The translations under genes and the position numbers were made by a program. The notes under the pieces were generated by a model. That model was given only the letters and a program-made list of their open reading frames with translations. It had not been told where the DNA came from and made no database searches. From the NCBI GenBank assembly GCA_002633005.1, contig NMRA01000258.1, forward strand, positions 427,971-491,970: a stretch of DNA of 64,000 nt, given 5' to 3'. Origin of the DNA: Phoronis australis (lineage: Eukaryota; Animalia; Phoronida). Numbering within the stretch: position 1 is the first letter of the stretch; every line of letters begins with the position of its first letter. Positions 1 through 13,861 of this stretch are shown piece by piece.

Positions 1-3000
1 CTGCTTGGTCTAAAACAGACTCTAAAAACTGTGTTTAAGTACATCCAAGATAGCAACTGTGCCTCAGTAGACACAGGCACCTTTTTGTTCACTGAATCAT
101 AATCAACCACACTGTTCTATCAACCTTCAACATTCTCATCATCATGCTATGTTGTGAAATGCAACTGTGTGACTCATTTTCAGGTCTACATTCTCTCTTG
201 ACTACAAGAGGAAGCACTTGCCATTTAACAGGAACACTGTGTAATAGAACTGGAGATATTCAGACTAACAATGGCAAGATTCAGGAACTATTACCAGCGG
301 CGGATCATATACGAGAACAAAGAGGCTATGTCATCATCAACAGGGGGCAGTCTCTCACACACAGTCACCATCTCACATTCAGCGGATAACTCACTCATGA
401 GACAACAATCTCCAGCAACTCCAGCACCTCTTCCAGCACTTCTGGCCATCGTGGTCATTTTCTTGCCAATTTCAATACTTAACACCGGCGTTGGTTTTTA
501 ATTATTTTTTCAACAAGAGGAACGCTTCAGATCGACTAATTGTGTACGGGCTGCAGAGGTAATGGCCAAATACTGTTCTCTTCAGGACAAAATCTTATCT
601 GCCAACTTTTATGATGGTCCTTCATCAAATCTGGCAGACACTGAGGTTAATTCAGAAAATAAAACCGCGACTAGTCAAAATTGTCCTTCATACGGTATTT
701 CGTGACAATTCTTCACCAAACTTGACAAATGAGGTAGGCGCAAAAAGTATCACAGGGGGCAATGAGGTTTTCATATTTGTCAGAAAATCAACATTAGCCA
801 ACAGTCAACACGAAAATCTCTTAAATTTCATGTAAACCTTTAAGCTGGTCTCCCAACAAAAACATGCAGTGAGCTTTGGCCTCTTGATTACCAACCTAGA
901 CATTATATGCAAACAATAAGAGGTGTACATTCCTATTTAGAAATACTTAACAAGACCAAGACTTCACAGAAAATTATCAAACTTCAACTATTGCTGCTTT
1001 CCACTCAGACGTTACAAAATGATACCAGTTCATTGCATGCCTTTATTCAAGAACCTCCCTTACACATTTTCAACCAAACAGTAAAAAAATAATCAGTGGG
1101 AGAAGCAGCCAAATACCAACTTGATTCACAGACATACCTTACCTTAGCCAATATTTAAGAGAGGATTTAGTTAAGGAATTTAACTTCATTGCGCTTTCTG
1201 TGTGATGGGACAAAGCTAAACTCCACATGAATCAAATCACATCATACCCTAACTTGAGAGCACTCAATTACAAATTCCTGAGTGATGACCAAAGCTCCCC
1301 CTGTGTGTGGGCGTGTGTAATCGTAACACCAATCACTTCAGAAAAGTTGACTGTTCAGATTGTCCCCTCATTCACACACTGACAAGACGAACAAAATTGC
1401 ATTACATGAAGCAAGCAGAGGCCGTATTTCATATTTGCTGAGAGAAACTGTAACACAATACTTTGCATAAGCCACTTGAAACACTTTAATCAAGTATGAA
1501 TGCTACAGAACATCACATAGAGCATTCCTGATAAGTAGTGTGAAGAAAAGCAGCACCTTTGCTTTAATGAAACATTATGAAGTTATGTTCACATGAGTTA
1601 CCCTAGAAAAACTCGCCCCAGTCACTTGACTGCCCAGCTTGCACTTAGCAACAAATATGGAGCAAACAGGATTAGACTCCCAATAGTATGTAACTAGGCA
1701 AGTGTGCAGCTGGTATAATTACTTCCGCCATGCAGGTTTGCGTCCACACAATGACCAGGTGCTGAGGCAAGTTACCCCAAAACAAATTACCCTGCGTGGA
1801 TATTGTGAGTAAGTTGTCACAGGTGTGTCAAGTTCCCCCAGCACAAATAGCGTCCACACTGCTACTGAACCTAGAGACAACTTCTTTCCAGGAGTAACTC
1901 GTGGTGTGGACAGAGCTTACACGACTTATTGACTACGGTACTTTCAAGACATCTGCAGACCTGGACAAGTTCATGAAATTTATAATGGCATCAAAAAGCG
2001 CATTCCACCAAATACCCACTTTAAAGTAAAACAGTGGACTGTGCATCCTACTTCCTTATCTCTGTGATTGCTTACCGTAGTCAAATAAACACAACATATA
2101 GCCACGATGTGAATGTGAAATAGGTTGAAAACAGCCAGATGTCTTTAAGAAAGAGTTTTGTAACGAAAATGATTCGCCGCAAATCACTGAACCGTGTCTA
2201 GTAAGTATCGTTTCGGTTTCGTGGTGTTGGGGAATAACGCTGCATGATGGCTATGTGAGCCCCCAAGGTACATCATAAGTGCAAAGGTCACCTATTGGCA
2301 GATTTTTTGTTTACGCATTTACAAGTTATCAATAAATGTTTTACAGCACTTTGTTTATAGCATAGTTTATGTTAAAACAGCATTGTCCCTTAGTTCCCGC
2401 TATGCATCAGCATAGTTAGGCGCATCCAAATCTTTAACCATTACCTGTTAAAACAATAGACCCGGACTTTTTAGATATTCAAGTGACATCAATAAGCAAT
2501 TATTACATTCAAGAACTCACCTGAGGAGACAGGTACCACTGTCTTCTGAAAGTTTGAAAGGGGATTTTCCAAAGCAAAAAATAGTAGGCTACGGGATTCC
2601 CATGACTGACTTTCTTGGTCAATACTCTCCACCTGCAGTACACTGATCCACAACCTGTTCTACACATCAGAGATGTGACACCTGGTTAACTTCAGCACTT
2701 AAAACAGTCTGATACTGAAGGTAGCTGGTGACGAGAATCATACACCATGTTTTTGCTATTTTCAGAGGGTAATGAGGCCAGTATTTCACCCCAAAATCGG
2801 GGCATCAAGGTCACTGAACTAGTTTGTAACCAACTACCAACACTTCCTGAATATTTCATCAAAATCTGTCCTTATGGTACAGTAGAATCTCACCTAATTT
2901 CAGACAAAAAATGATAAAAGTTATTGCTGAAATTGAGCCTTTTCCATTTTCAAGGGCTTCTAACATTATTGAAAGTGACCCTATTTTTCAAAAATGTTTT

Positions 3001-3040
3001 CTTTTGATAGCTATGGTGAAGAACATGGATATGACACAGC

Positions 3041-3159
3041 ATCATTCTGCTATTGTATCATTCTGCTATTGTATCATTCTGCTGTTGTATCATTCTGCTA
3101 TTGTATCATTCTGCTGTTGTATCATTCTGCTATTGTATCATTCTGCTATTGTATCATTC
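3041..3159. repeat. 16-bp minisatellite (atcattctgctattgt) x~7.5
   Basis: Direct tandem copies. Confidence 0.95.
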
Positions 3160-4061
3160 ATGAAAATAAGAGAAAATGAAATTTTACCATGTCCAAAATT
3201 GGTGAGACGTTACCAAAACCTTTCAGTGTTGAACTACCATAGATATATTTCAACCATCTACCAATGCATATTAATATGGAAAGCAGAAAAAACTCTGTTT
3301 TTTCAAACATGGCTGAAGATTTATAAACATGGCTCAGGAATATTTAAAAAGTACCGAGCTCCATATGTTGAACTGAGAGAATTCTACCTAATTTTATCAT
3401 TTTACTGAAAAATTACAGTGACATGCTAAACAAGTGAGTCATAATACAAAAATGTAAATGAAAATGTAACCACAGTAACAATGTACAAAGTTGCACAACA
3501 CAAAAACCTGGCGTGCAGTTTCACTCATGTTTGGACTTTTGCCAAGGGAAAAACCCTGTATTCACAGGCACTAAACCCATAGGAGATTTGAATAAAGATG
3601 AACAAGGAAAGGGCTGTGAAACATACATTGACAAAACATGCTTGAAGATGACAGAGATGATGGTCATCACCATCACAACAATAACTTTAAAAAAATGGCG
3701 CTGCCCGGCAAAGTTTTTTCAAATTATAACACAATATGGCTGAACACTGACAAAATGTTTTTTCAAAATTTTCAACAAAAAGAAACAGGAAAACTTGACT
3801 TCATCATTTCCAAAGTTTCTATTGAACAACTGTTATCAAGCGACACATAATGAAATCCGAGTATTTGTCACAATACAGTTAGCTTTTGAAAGTTGGAAAA
3901 TGTCGATTTTGGCAATTATTTTTGTTCGAATTTTAGTGAACTTTATATGTAAAATCACTTTGCATCCATTTTCAACTAACAGAAATAGGCTTCAGGATGC
4001 CCACAGGATGGCATTTGCCCAAATTTGAGAGATGAGAAAATGTGTCCCATGGTATGTATCT

Positions 4062-4428
4062 TGTGAACAACTAACAAAGGTATCACAGCCATATGGCTAC
4101 GGTAAACATTGAACAAATGATGAACAACTAACACAGAGAAATTACAGCCACATGGCTATGCTAAACATTGAGCAAATGTTGAACAACTAACACAGATAAA
4201 TCACAGCCGCATGGCTATCGTAAATCTTGAAGAACAAAGAGAAATCCCAGCCACATTACTGTGATAATCAAAGGATGAACAACTAACACAGAGAAATCAC
4301 ACCCATATGGTTACCTAAACGTTGAAAAAACATTGAACTGAAAGGGAAATTACAGTCACATGGCTACCTTGATCAAAGGGTGAACAACTGACACAGAGAA
4401 GTTGCAGCCATATGGCTATGGTAAACTC
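4062..4428. repeat. Degenerate ~55-60-bp tandem repeat x~7
   Basis: Recurrent gaacaactaacacagagaaat(c/t)acagcc..atggcta. Confidence 0.85.
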
Positions 4429-5220
4429 TGCAGCTTAGTCCACATCGTGGTGAGTAAAGAAAATTGTCAAATCGAGTAAAAAACCCTTTTTACTGCAGTG
4501 CAATATACCTACAATAAAATTAAAAGTTATGTAAAGACCCCAGGGAAAATGTCCACATTTGACTAACTTCCAGATATAATACCTCAGAAATGGCTGTTCA
4601 GATTCCTATGAAACTCTCACATTCTATGGTTCATGCACAGTTCAAGGTCAACAACTGCAGCTTTTAAAATGCATGAAGGATATGATAAAATGCGACTTTA
4701 ATGATTTTTCTTAAAAAAATCAAAAAGTTGCGTGAAAAGAAAATGAAACGGTAACCTAGAAAATTGAGCATTTTTCAGAATTCATCTTGTACATGTATAG
4801 AACATGAAATTTGGTCGTGTTAGTGACCCCGTCTTTTTGATATCAAAGGAACTTTTTCTGCTCTTTTTATCTAAACACATGGTCATGTTATACAATTAGG
4901 GACAGTTTATTAATTCTATAGGCTTTCCACTTTCAGAAAATACATACTTTCACTAAATTAAAATCTACAGTTTTGTATATATTTGACTAAATTCACAGAC
5001 ATGTCAATAGGATCCTATATAATCTTAAATGAAATTCTTAATATTTTGGTGATGTTTAGCTTCTGAAGATGAAAAATTGAAGTTCTGGCTATTATTATTA
5101 TGTAAAATTGGAATATAGTTTGTTATAACATACTAATACAAAGTCTTAGCAGTCTTAATCTTTCACTATGGCAAAGTTGAACATGTACTATGAAGTATGT
5201 AAACAACAGTGTATGTACAC

Positions 5221-5232
5221 TATATATATACC

Positions 5233-5262
<30 letters not shown>
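5221..5262. repeat. (TA)n microsatellite
   Basis: Seen directly. Confidence 0.95.
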
Positions 5263-5266
<4 letters not shown>

Positions 5267-5970
5267 ACCACTTCTAGGAAATGCCTTTTGTAGTTCCTCA
5301 GGCGTAAAAATCATGTGACAATCAAAACCAGCGGTTGAACTGTCTTGGTGTATCATTGGAGGGACAGATTTTTAACTCTTAAGAATTCAACCAGAACCAC
5401 ATTCATTTTAATTCTCTTTGATTTGCAAGACAATTATCCACTTCATGTGGCCTGTGCTGTGAGAAGTCCAAGCTTGCAAGCAGGATAATATAATGCACAG
5501 GACCTCAGATGTAGAGTAGAAACAGAGTTCGGGCAGACATAAGAAAGGTTGCTTCTGGTGTCATTTTTCGCGAACAAGTCTTCATACATATTCTAACTTT
5601 ATACCAACATTGAAAGAAATTTAACTTAAGCACTCATTTCTCAATTATAAGACCATCCCAAACATATCAGCTTTGTAACGGAAGCTTTAAGCCCCCTAGC
5701 AAAATGCTTTCTAATGCACAGATTTGGGCTAGTTCAACGCCACAGTTCCCGCAGTCAAACGGACAGACACCTTATTGGGTACTAGGTTCACAAGAGTGGC
5801 AAAAGCGCTAGTGTTTTAGGCAGACAGAAGAGATGCCAACGAAGGGGTAAATTTCACCAGAAGTTTGTTTCCTCAACACAAAAACCGGTGTCGAAACATG
5901 TTCAATCTCTTAACATAAATAGATTGACGTAACGATATAACGAAGGTCTCTTTCCTCTGCAAATGTGTAT

Positions 5971-6044
5971 GTACCCTTTGAAGTAAGTGTTCCCACTTCA
6001 AAAGTGTGTACCCTTTGAAGTAAGTGTTCCCACTTCAAAAGTGT
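5971..6044. repeat. 37-bp tandem duplication
   Basis: gtaccctttgaagtaagtgttcccacttcaaaagtgt x2. Confidence 0.9.
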
Positions 6045-6140
6045 TAACGAAAATGCGAGTAGTTTTGGTGTTACTCAAACCTCCTGCAACGAGTTGCAAA
6101 CCTGACCTATGCAGCAGTTCACATTAGTAACGTGTTTAAA

Positions 6141-6780
6141 GTGTTTTCTCTATTATTAGTTTGTACACTAGTGTACGAACTATTTTTCCCTTTAAAGCTT
6201 CGTGTACGAATTAATAGACGAAATAGGCTGTATGAACTATTAGAGAAGAAAGTCGAGTATTCGAATTATTAGAGATAAAGATCGCCGATAACAACGAGTA
6301 CAACGACAGCCTCTGAGATGGTGGTTTGGCAATGTGAATTATAACAACAAGTAACAAATTATTTTCCCGGGTGATGGATTTACTTCAAAATATAATACTT
6401 GAACTCTTTGTCACTTTATTTTATTCTGGAAATGCCATTTGGTGACACACTGGAAAATCTTATCGCTATTTCCACATTTTCTGTTGCAAAAAATGTCAAT
6501 TTGAAAAACGACTTTTCGAGCTCTATGCTAGCGTAGTAAAGCAAATAACGGATTCCGGTCACCTGAATAGAATTGGCGCTTACTGATTTGTGTTCTTTTA
6601 TAAGAATGAAAATTTCCATTTTACCGATCCAAAAAGCTTGTACGAATTATTTTTTCCGACGCAAATATGTACGAACTATTTTTCCCTCGGACACCTACTG
6701 TATGAACTATTGGAGACAAACAGCATGTTTCAAGGGTCCTGTACGAACTAATAGAGTGTACGAATTAATAGAGAAAACAC
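6141..6780. mobile_element. MITE with ~27-bp TIRs and subterminal tgtacgaa(c/t)ta repeats
   Basis: gtgttttctctatta..ttgtacact / agtgtacgaattaatagagaaaacac. Confidence 0.7.
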
Positions 6781-7888
6781 CGGACTGGCTTTTTGCAGCT
6801 AACGAAAGTGCAAGAAAAAGCACAAGCATTATAGCCAGCATTAGATCTGGTTAACGGTCTATGCGGAGGCTATCATTTTTTGTAAAAAACTTGAATTACA
6901 CTCCACACTAGGATTCCAGTTTTTCACCAGAACCACACAGAGCTAGCATGCTATGCAATGAAACAGGTCCATGTAACATGGACAGAACTTTGTGCTCCTA
7001 TGACATCAGTTGTTAAGGTAGACACTTTCTGCTCTAAAACAGCAAAGTTTCATGTCTTGTTGAACCATTACTATAGTCTATGGTTGAACACTACCCCAGT
7101 GCACCTGAACCAGTGTTAAGCTATTCCCAAGCTCACGCAACAGCTTAAACATACTACATAGAAACTTTGAAAACTGTTACCATTTCCAAGAAACAATTAC
7201 AAAAACTACAGCAATCCACTATAATTATGTGCCACAAATCAAACCACAGATCTCTGTCTTGTGCGGAAACTTGTCATGACAACAGCCATCAACACCAACA
7301 CAGAAATAAAGCGTCTCTCAGTTACAAGCAAGCAAATGAAGAAAGAAAGCCCCCCTCCCCCCATGTATTATACATCACATGCTCTCGCCAAGACCACTGG
7401 TCTTTACTGGATCAGATGCAAGAGGATGGCAGTGCTGACCAGAAGAATCAGTAGATGATCTGCAAACATCAAGGATAGACAAGAGCGACCCAGATATGTA
7501 TGAATGAAGCAACCAGAACTGATCCAGGGCTCAATAAATGCCTGATGTTGTGAGGTCACTGACCTCTGTCATAGGTACATGTCCAGACTAGAATCATTTA
7601 CAATCAGTGGACATAAGCTTTACCTACATGATACAATTGTGGTACATAATTGTGGGACTATGCCATGATTATGGTGCAAGACACTGTAAATTGAATTGAT
7701 GCTATTTTGGGGAGCCTGGTATTGTTGGATAGGAGCAGTCATGGTTCACCTCAGTGCACAGTATTGTTTGAGTGATCCACCTAACCCTTTCTTATTTCTT
7801 AAGGCTTATCTATAACTGACAAAACCAAACCTATGAGAAGTGGACTAATACCAAAAACCCTGCCAGGTTGGTAGTTTTTGATTTATCC

Positions 7889-8306
7889 TAAGGTTATCTA
7901 GGAGTATGACCTTAATAAACAACCTCAACTCTAAGTCAAATATCGAAAAAGAACTATGCTTTGTCAACCATATTATAAGTATATATTCTCTGGAAGGAGG
8001 AAGATCAAGGATTCTAAAAATATGCTTCTTACTCTCTGTCGTTATTATTGTTAGATGAAAACGATTTTTAATTTTTGCTTGTTCACTTTGTTCACGTTTT
8101 ATGAAAAGTTAACTAGCAAGTTTTGCTATGAATGTACCTTTCTTGCACATAAAATTTGACTTAATAAACTCATATTAGTAATACGCATATTTTTAAAATC
8201 CTCCATCTATCATCTTTCAGAAAATATATACTTTTAATTGTTGACAAAGCTTAGTTTTTCAATATTTGACTTAGAGTTGAGGTCATTTATTTCATAGATA
8301 ACCTTG
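7889..8306. mobile_element. MITE/foldback element with ~130-bp imperfect TIRs
   Basis: aaggttatcta...acctcaactctaagtcaaatat...gctttgtcaac is mirrored by gttgacaaagc...atatttgacttagagttgaggt...tagataacctt. Confidence 0.85.
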
Positions 8307-8850
8307 AGTGATTTTTTTGGCAAATTTTACCTTGATGCACGATAATTCAAATAGGTCATGGAAAACACTGAATGATGGCGGCATCTTTTTTCCAAACAGG
8401 TCACAATGTTTCCAACAGGGCGTTGACCATTCGTAAGTGCTGACAAACAGGTCACAGTGACAAGTTAAAATAAATCTTAGTCACATGCCAAAAATAGCAC
8501 GCAATGACTGAACAGCAAGCTCGTGAGTCTGTACGATTTGTCGAAGCAAAATCAGACACGTTAGAAGTTATCCTGAAAAATTGTGTAGTAGCACCTGTCT
8601 ACACGAGTGCTGTATACAATAACGAATATCTGACGGTGTACATACATAATTGTAGAGTATTCTACATCGCCCATAACTGCATTTTGCACACAAACCACTC
8701 TCCTCGCAGTTTTCCCACGTCTCTATATAGACTACATAGTCATCCCCACTTCTCTATACAGACTACATAGTCATCTCCATTTCTGCCAAAAATCATCACA
8801 TATTCACGATGTATTCAATCCTGTCATACCCAGTAGAGGAACGCTGGTTA

Positions 8851-9010
8851 GAGCTACAATAGGTACCACCGAGCTACAATAGGTACCACCGAGCTACAAT
8901 AGGTACCACCGAGCTACAATAGGTACCACCGAGCTACAATAGGTACCACCGAGCTACAATAGGTACCACCGAGCTACAATAGGTACCACCGAGCTACAAT
9001 AGGTACCACC
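8851..9010. repeat. Perfect 20-bp minisatellite (gagctacaataggtaccacc) x8
   Basis: Identical head-to-tail copies with no spacers. Confidence 0.97.
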
Positions 9011-9687
9011 CTAGGTACCGATTGGCTCCAGTTGCATGCAAATCATGCCACAAAGCTTTCATGATGGAAACATGCTAATAACAATGCATCTGTTTCTCCA
9101 ATGTACAATGTATTTTCATCCAAAATATCACTAGATAAAAAACGTGACACCATAAAGACCATAGGTTTTAAATATTGATACCTATTAAGAAGTAAACATA
9201 GCATTAAAAGTAGTACTTTATATATCCAGACTTCGAACCTGCACATTTGTTTATTCATTTGATTTTGTTTATTTTTCATAATTCACAAATGATGAACAAG
9301 TCAAGTCAGTATATATAAATATCAAAACATGGTATATAAATACATTGATATGTTCTAGCGTTGATATTGCCATAACTAACAGTAATCCTGTAATTTCAGC
9401 GTCCTCTGCAAGAGATTGACGAATCTCCCTGTAGTTCAAACGCAACGCATTGGTTTTCAAATTCTACGCAAGCCAAATTCATCACCACAAAACTGAAAGT
9501 CGAGGCAGTGGAGAACACTGAATTAAGTCATCTAAATTATCCGTAGATGAGAACCAGTTGCTTCAGAGTAACGTCCATTATTCAGTAGAAGTAACTGAGT
9601 TTCAATAGCTGTGTTCAGGCCACCTAAACCCAGTTGTAACTGATAACTGTTCCGTAATTGATACCATTCATACTGACAGTTAAAAGG

Positions 9688-9871
9688 GTTGTAACCCTAG
9701 TTAGTGGTTTTAGTCGTCAGGTTGTCAGTGCTAGTTGTAACCCTAGTTAGTGGTTTTAGTCGTCAGGTTGTCAGTGCTAGTTGTAACCCTAGTTAGTGGT
9801 TTTAGTCGTCAGGTTGTCAGTGCTAGTTGTAACCCTAGTTAGTGGTTTTAGTCGTCAGGTTGTCAGTGCTA
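9688..9871. repeat. 46-bp minisatellite x4
   Basis: gttgtaaccctagttagtggttttagtcgtcaggttgtcagtgcta. Confidence 0.95.
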
Positions 9872-9989
9872 ACTCTTTTCCACTTAGGTCAGTTTGTGCC
9901 TTGATGCACCTTTGTTTACAGAGAAATTTGACAGTAGCACCACCACCTACTGAAATAACTTTTGGGACTGCTATGTTCAAACTGACTTA

Positions 9990-10310
9990 AGGCCCTTTCA
10001 TACTAAAGTCGACGCATCGATGTTTTGGGAAGTTACGATCAGTATGAACGGTTAACTTCGGTCCTGGATCGAAGTTAACAGTGCCAGTTAACTTCGCTGT
10101 AAACACGTGGATTTAGAATGTTTCCTAATTGTCACATAAAAATCTTTGCGTGCACGCGATGCATCAGCACTACCTTGTGATTAGTTCAATGATGACAGCA
10201 TCACCTGCCGTTAACTTCCAATGTCCGTTAACTACAGAATGGTTCATTTAACTTCACAGTTTACATCAAAACTTTGCTCAGACCGGAGTTAAGTCTGTAT
10301 AAAAGGGCCT
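9990..10310. mobile_element. PIF/Harbinger-type MITE
   Basis: TIR aggccctttcatac / gtataaaagggcct, flanked on both sides by TTA (3-bp TSD). Confidence 0.8.
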
Positions 10311-12300
10311 TTACAATACTTATAATCACTTACCCTGAGAATAAAAAGTAATTCTGGAAATATTATTATCAAGTTACTAGATTTTGGACTCAATTTATAC
10401 ACAATAACAAATAGTTGGGCAGTTAATGTGTAGTTGGTTTGACTTCCATATAATTCAGACGAGACTAAAATGCATGGACCTCAGACTAAAGCAAGTTACA
10501 GCTTTTCCAGCACTGGTCGGATACAGGGGATCCTGATCAGAGAAACAGGCAATCACTGCGGAATAACGGGCCCATTACTCAGTGGATTAACCTGTAGGTT
10601 TCTCTAAATCAGGTTCGATATCCGGCCAGTGCCGCTTTGCCAAGTTTTCAAAACAAAAAATCCAATTTAAGGTTAACCAATTACTTATGAAACAACTGTG
10701 TTGTTGCAGGGATTAGAAATTCCTTAGATTTTGCTGACTACAGAAACCTAACCCTCATTCATTTTAATGAAGTTTACTGCCTGTTTAGCTTTTAAGTCCA
10801 GTTTAGAATCACTAATGAACTTTGATTGTTCAGTTTTAGCTTTAATTGTCAACAATGACAACAAAAAGGTGTGAAAGGAAATAAATTAACAATCTTTACC
10901 TATATTATCTTGAATACAACTTTACTATGCGCCATTGACAATGCCGGGCGAATGAATCACCAGTCGTCGGTGTGTGTATGTGTGTGTGAGTTCCGATGTC
11001 AAACCGAGGCAATGCTACTCGTAAACTCAGCAGAGATCGACACCCTGTCACTTTCGACTGCTAGAATTTAGAATTATGCACAGAGAAGGTTAAGAGTACA
11101 TACCCAAGCACTGTCCAGAGACACAGATCTCAATTTTGCTTCAGCTGAATTTTACAAAAGCACACTCGATTTGCAAAAATATCAGATAATATTTGCTCAT
11201 TTTTCGTGAACAGCACAATGGAAATAGCAGCTGCGCAGACGGAAGATGCGCATTATCCGATTCCCTGGATATGACGTCAGATATGTCGGAAAGTGACAGA
11301 TGTCGTCAGATAACTGCGCTGATATTCAATGGGTGGCGAGAACATTCAATGGAGGCTGACTTTTTAGAAACTTCTGGCCTCAACACTTTAGGATGCTTAG
11401 GATTCCATGTCGACGTGTGCACTCAGTAGGGTACAATGCAAAAATGCCGCAAATTCTGGCTGTCCACTGAGAGACTATATGGAAAGGCCCGCTGGTGGTA
11501 AAAGTGCTGCTGCCATACCTCAGTCAATTTGTGACGCTCATGTGTATTTGTTTGTACCTTTATTTACATGTACCGCTCTGGCCACCAGTATTCGGACTTG
11601 GTCCAAAAATCCCCAACAAATGTTTATTGAAATTAAAAATACTGAAATGATAATAAATTACTGACCGTGACGACCACCGGTCGTTAGGGTACAATTCACT
11701 TTTAAAAGACTATACTAGGAGTGCTCCGAAAACCCCGAAAAAATATTTATTTTCTTGAAAAAAAATATAATGTTACTTCTTTGGTGAAGTCGACCAGTTT
11801 GTGCTACGTGTCACAGAATATAATTTGTGGCCCTTGCTAATTAATAGACAATAGAAAGAATGGATGATACTGAATCGACGATTACTCACTTAAGATAACA
11901 ATGAAAATTGTTTTACCAGGTTGTACTTATATGCAAGTATCTTAAATTCTGCTAGCTCTAACCTCTACAAAGTACATATTTTCTGAAAGGTGAATAAATT
12001 TCCTATCAAAATTTATTATTCTTATTCGCTGATCTTTATTTTTTTAGTAAAAAATTGACTTTGCATGCACACATGACACCCAGTCTAAAATATAGGAGGG
12101 CTCGAATTTTTCGGTATGCGGAACTTTTACTGAAGGAATGGACTAAAAAAACGGGGTCGCTAGGTTCAGGCCCACGGTTTGTGCAACCGCGCCGAATTAC
12201 CGTGAATTTTGTGGACTTTTGTCTCGTTTACCGGACTTTTTGTGTCACTCGTTTGAGCCTCCCGCCCCCCCCCCCCCAGGTGGGCCCATGCTTTGAACAG

Positions 12301-12584
12301 AGATTTTAAAGAATTGTTCCTCCAAATTGGTCTTTGGTCAACATGTTGATAACGACATTTTGGAGGGAATCGTGTTTCAGATTTTTGAGGTGGGTCTTAG
12401 TTTTTTAATTATCCACTTTTAGAGAAGTTTGAGCAAAAACTGCCGTTTTCTTGATGTTATAAGGCTTCTTTTCGAAAAACTAGGACTTATTTCAAAAACC
12501 TGAGACATAGTTCCTTAGAAAATGCTATTATCAACATGTTGACAAAAGACCAATATGATTGGAGGAACAATGTTTTTAAAATCT
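12301..12584. mobile_element. Foldback/MITE remnant with ~105-bp inverted arms
   Basis: agattttaaagaattgttcctcca..ttggtctttggtcaacatgttgataa is mirrored by ttatcaacatgttgacaaaagaccaa..tggaggaacaat..tttaaaatct. Confidence 0.8.
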
Positions 12585-13845
12585 TTCAGAAAATATATAC
12601 TTCTTACGGATTACAACTCGAACGAAACCCCAGTTTGGCGAAGTACACAAAAAGGTCCGCATCAGAGAAAAGAAAACTCCGAAATAAAGAAGAAAACGAG
12701 ACAAAGGTTCACTAAAATGCTGGAACTACCAAAAGTTGACGAATGCACAATTCGCTCTAGTGAACGCGCACCGTGAATCATCTATCTACTATCTATCTTT
12801 CCAGCCGGGGTCAGCGCTTAACACTGGCTCGCAGTCACGGATCCTGAACTGGCGCATGTTACAAATTAAGTGCTGTGGTGAGGTGTGTATGTACAAGAGT
12901 CTAGTGTGAGGGTGCAGTGCAGTGTGCATGGAGTGCAGTGATAACTAATATAGAGGAGGGCTGTCTGAAAGTGATCCAGAGAGGCAGCACCGCAATTCAA
13001 TGACGTGAGCACCGCTGAGGTATTCCAGGAGGCTGTCGTGGACATTACCAGCAATATTGAAACCGTGAACTGCGCATGCGCGAAAATCACTCAGTTAGCC
13101 CCCTTCGGGATACATGGGATTCGCAGAAAACACAGCGTGAGGGTCTTATTTATGAATGAATCACATTTGCCGATAGCACATAACATAGATAAGTATTTTG
13201 TTAAAAACGTGGCCAAGTTTCAGCAAAATTGGAAAAAATTTTATGTTTAACATGGTATGGCCAAAGTTTTGGCTTATTTTGTCGCTTNCACCGCAATTCA
13301 ATGACGTGAGCACCGCTGAGGTATTCCAGGAGGCTGTCGTGGAGGGGAACAGAAGGAATTTTGGAGGTATGCTGTGCGGCACTGAGGAGTCATGAAGTAC
13401 ATGCTATGGCATCTGCGTGTTGTAAAAGGTCCACATTCTCAAAAATTCGAGCCCCTATTTTTTAGGCTGGGTGCGCGCTTATAAGCCTACTTTTATTTAG
13501 TTACTTTGGTTCCCCACTGAGAGCCGCCGGGCTGCACGTCAACGTTTACCATGTTGTTGCTGATAAGTTTTACTAAGATTATATTTTATATATGTGCTGC
13601 GTGGGTTTAATCAGATGTTTTTCATATAGTAATATATATAGCTAATAGCAGAGACCATATTCGTCTGAGCGCACCTCAGTACTGCCAGGCTCCATCAGGC
13701 AAGTAAAACTAAATCCACCAGAGGACTCTGCTCCCGAAAACACCTAGCGGTTGTCTTACAAAGCAAGTTCCTTTCTTTTCCACGAGTTGTGTTAAAAGTG
13801 TTATTATAGGTTATTACCAATTTTACTGTTGGATGACGTACAGTC

Positions 13846-13861
13846 ATGAGCTGGAATCAAA
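13846..13861 (+). CDS. NKRF-like exon 1 (MSWNQ, start codon)
   Basis: gtcATGAGCTGGAATCAAA|gtgagt is a strong donor; phase 1 fits exon 2 and gives MSWNQNYSYSGQY. Confidence 0.65.

Noticed and set aside
1282-1382. Possible C/D-box snoRNA (gtgatga ... ctga)
   Set aside because: No terminal stem and no recognisable rRNA guide; such boxes occur by chance.
2911-3408. 165-aa Cys/Ile/Leu-rich ORF
   Set aside because: The frame runs through a 16-bp minisatellite and shows no splice or homology support.
5263-5356. FTPEELQKAF resembling a LINE ORF2 motif
   Set aside because: Too short, with no adjoining reverse-transcriptase motifs.
8851-9010. CRISPR-like regular repeats (also 9688-9871, 18705-18968, 38462-38752)
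   Set aside because: These are head-to-tail copies with no unique spacers, there are no cas genes, and the context is eukaryotic; they are minisatellites.
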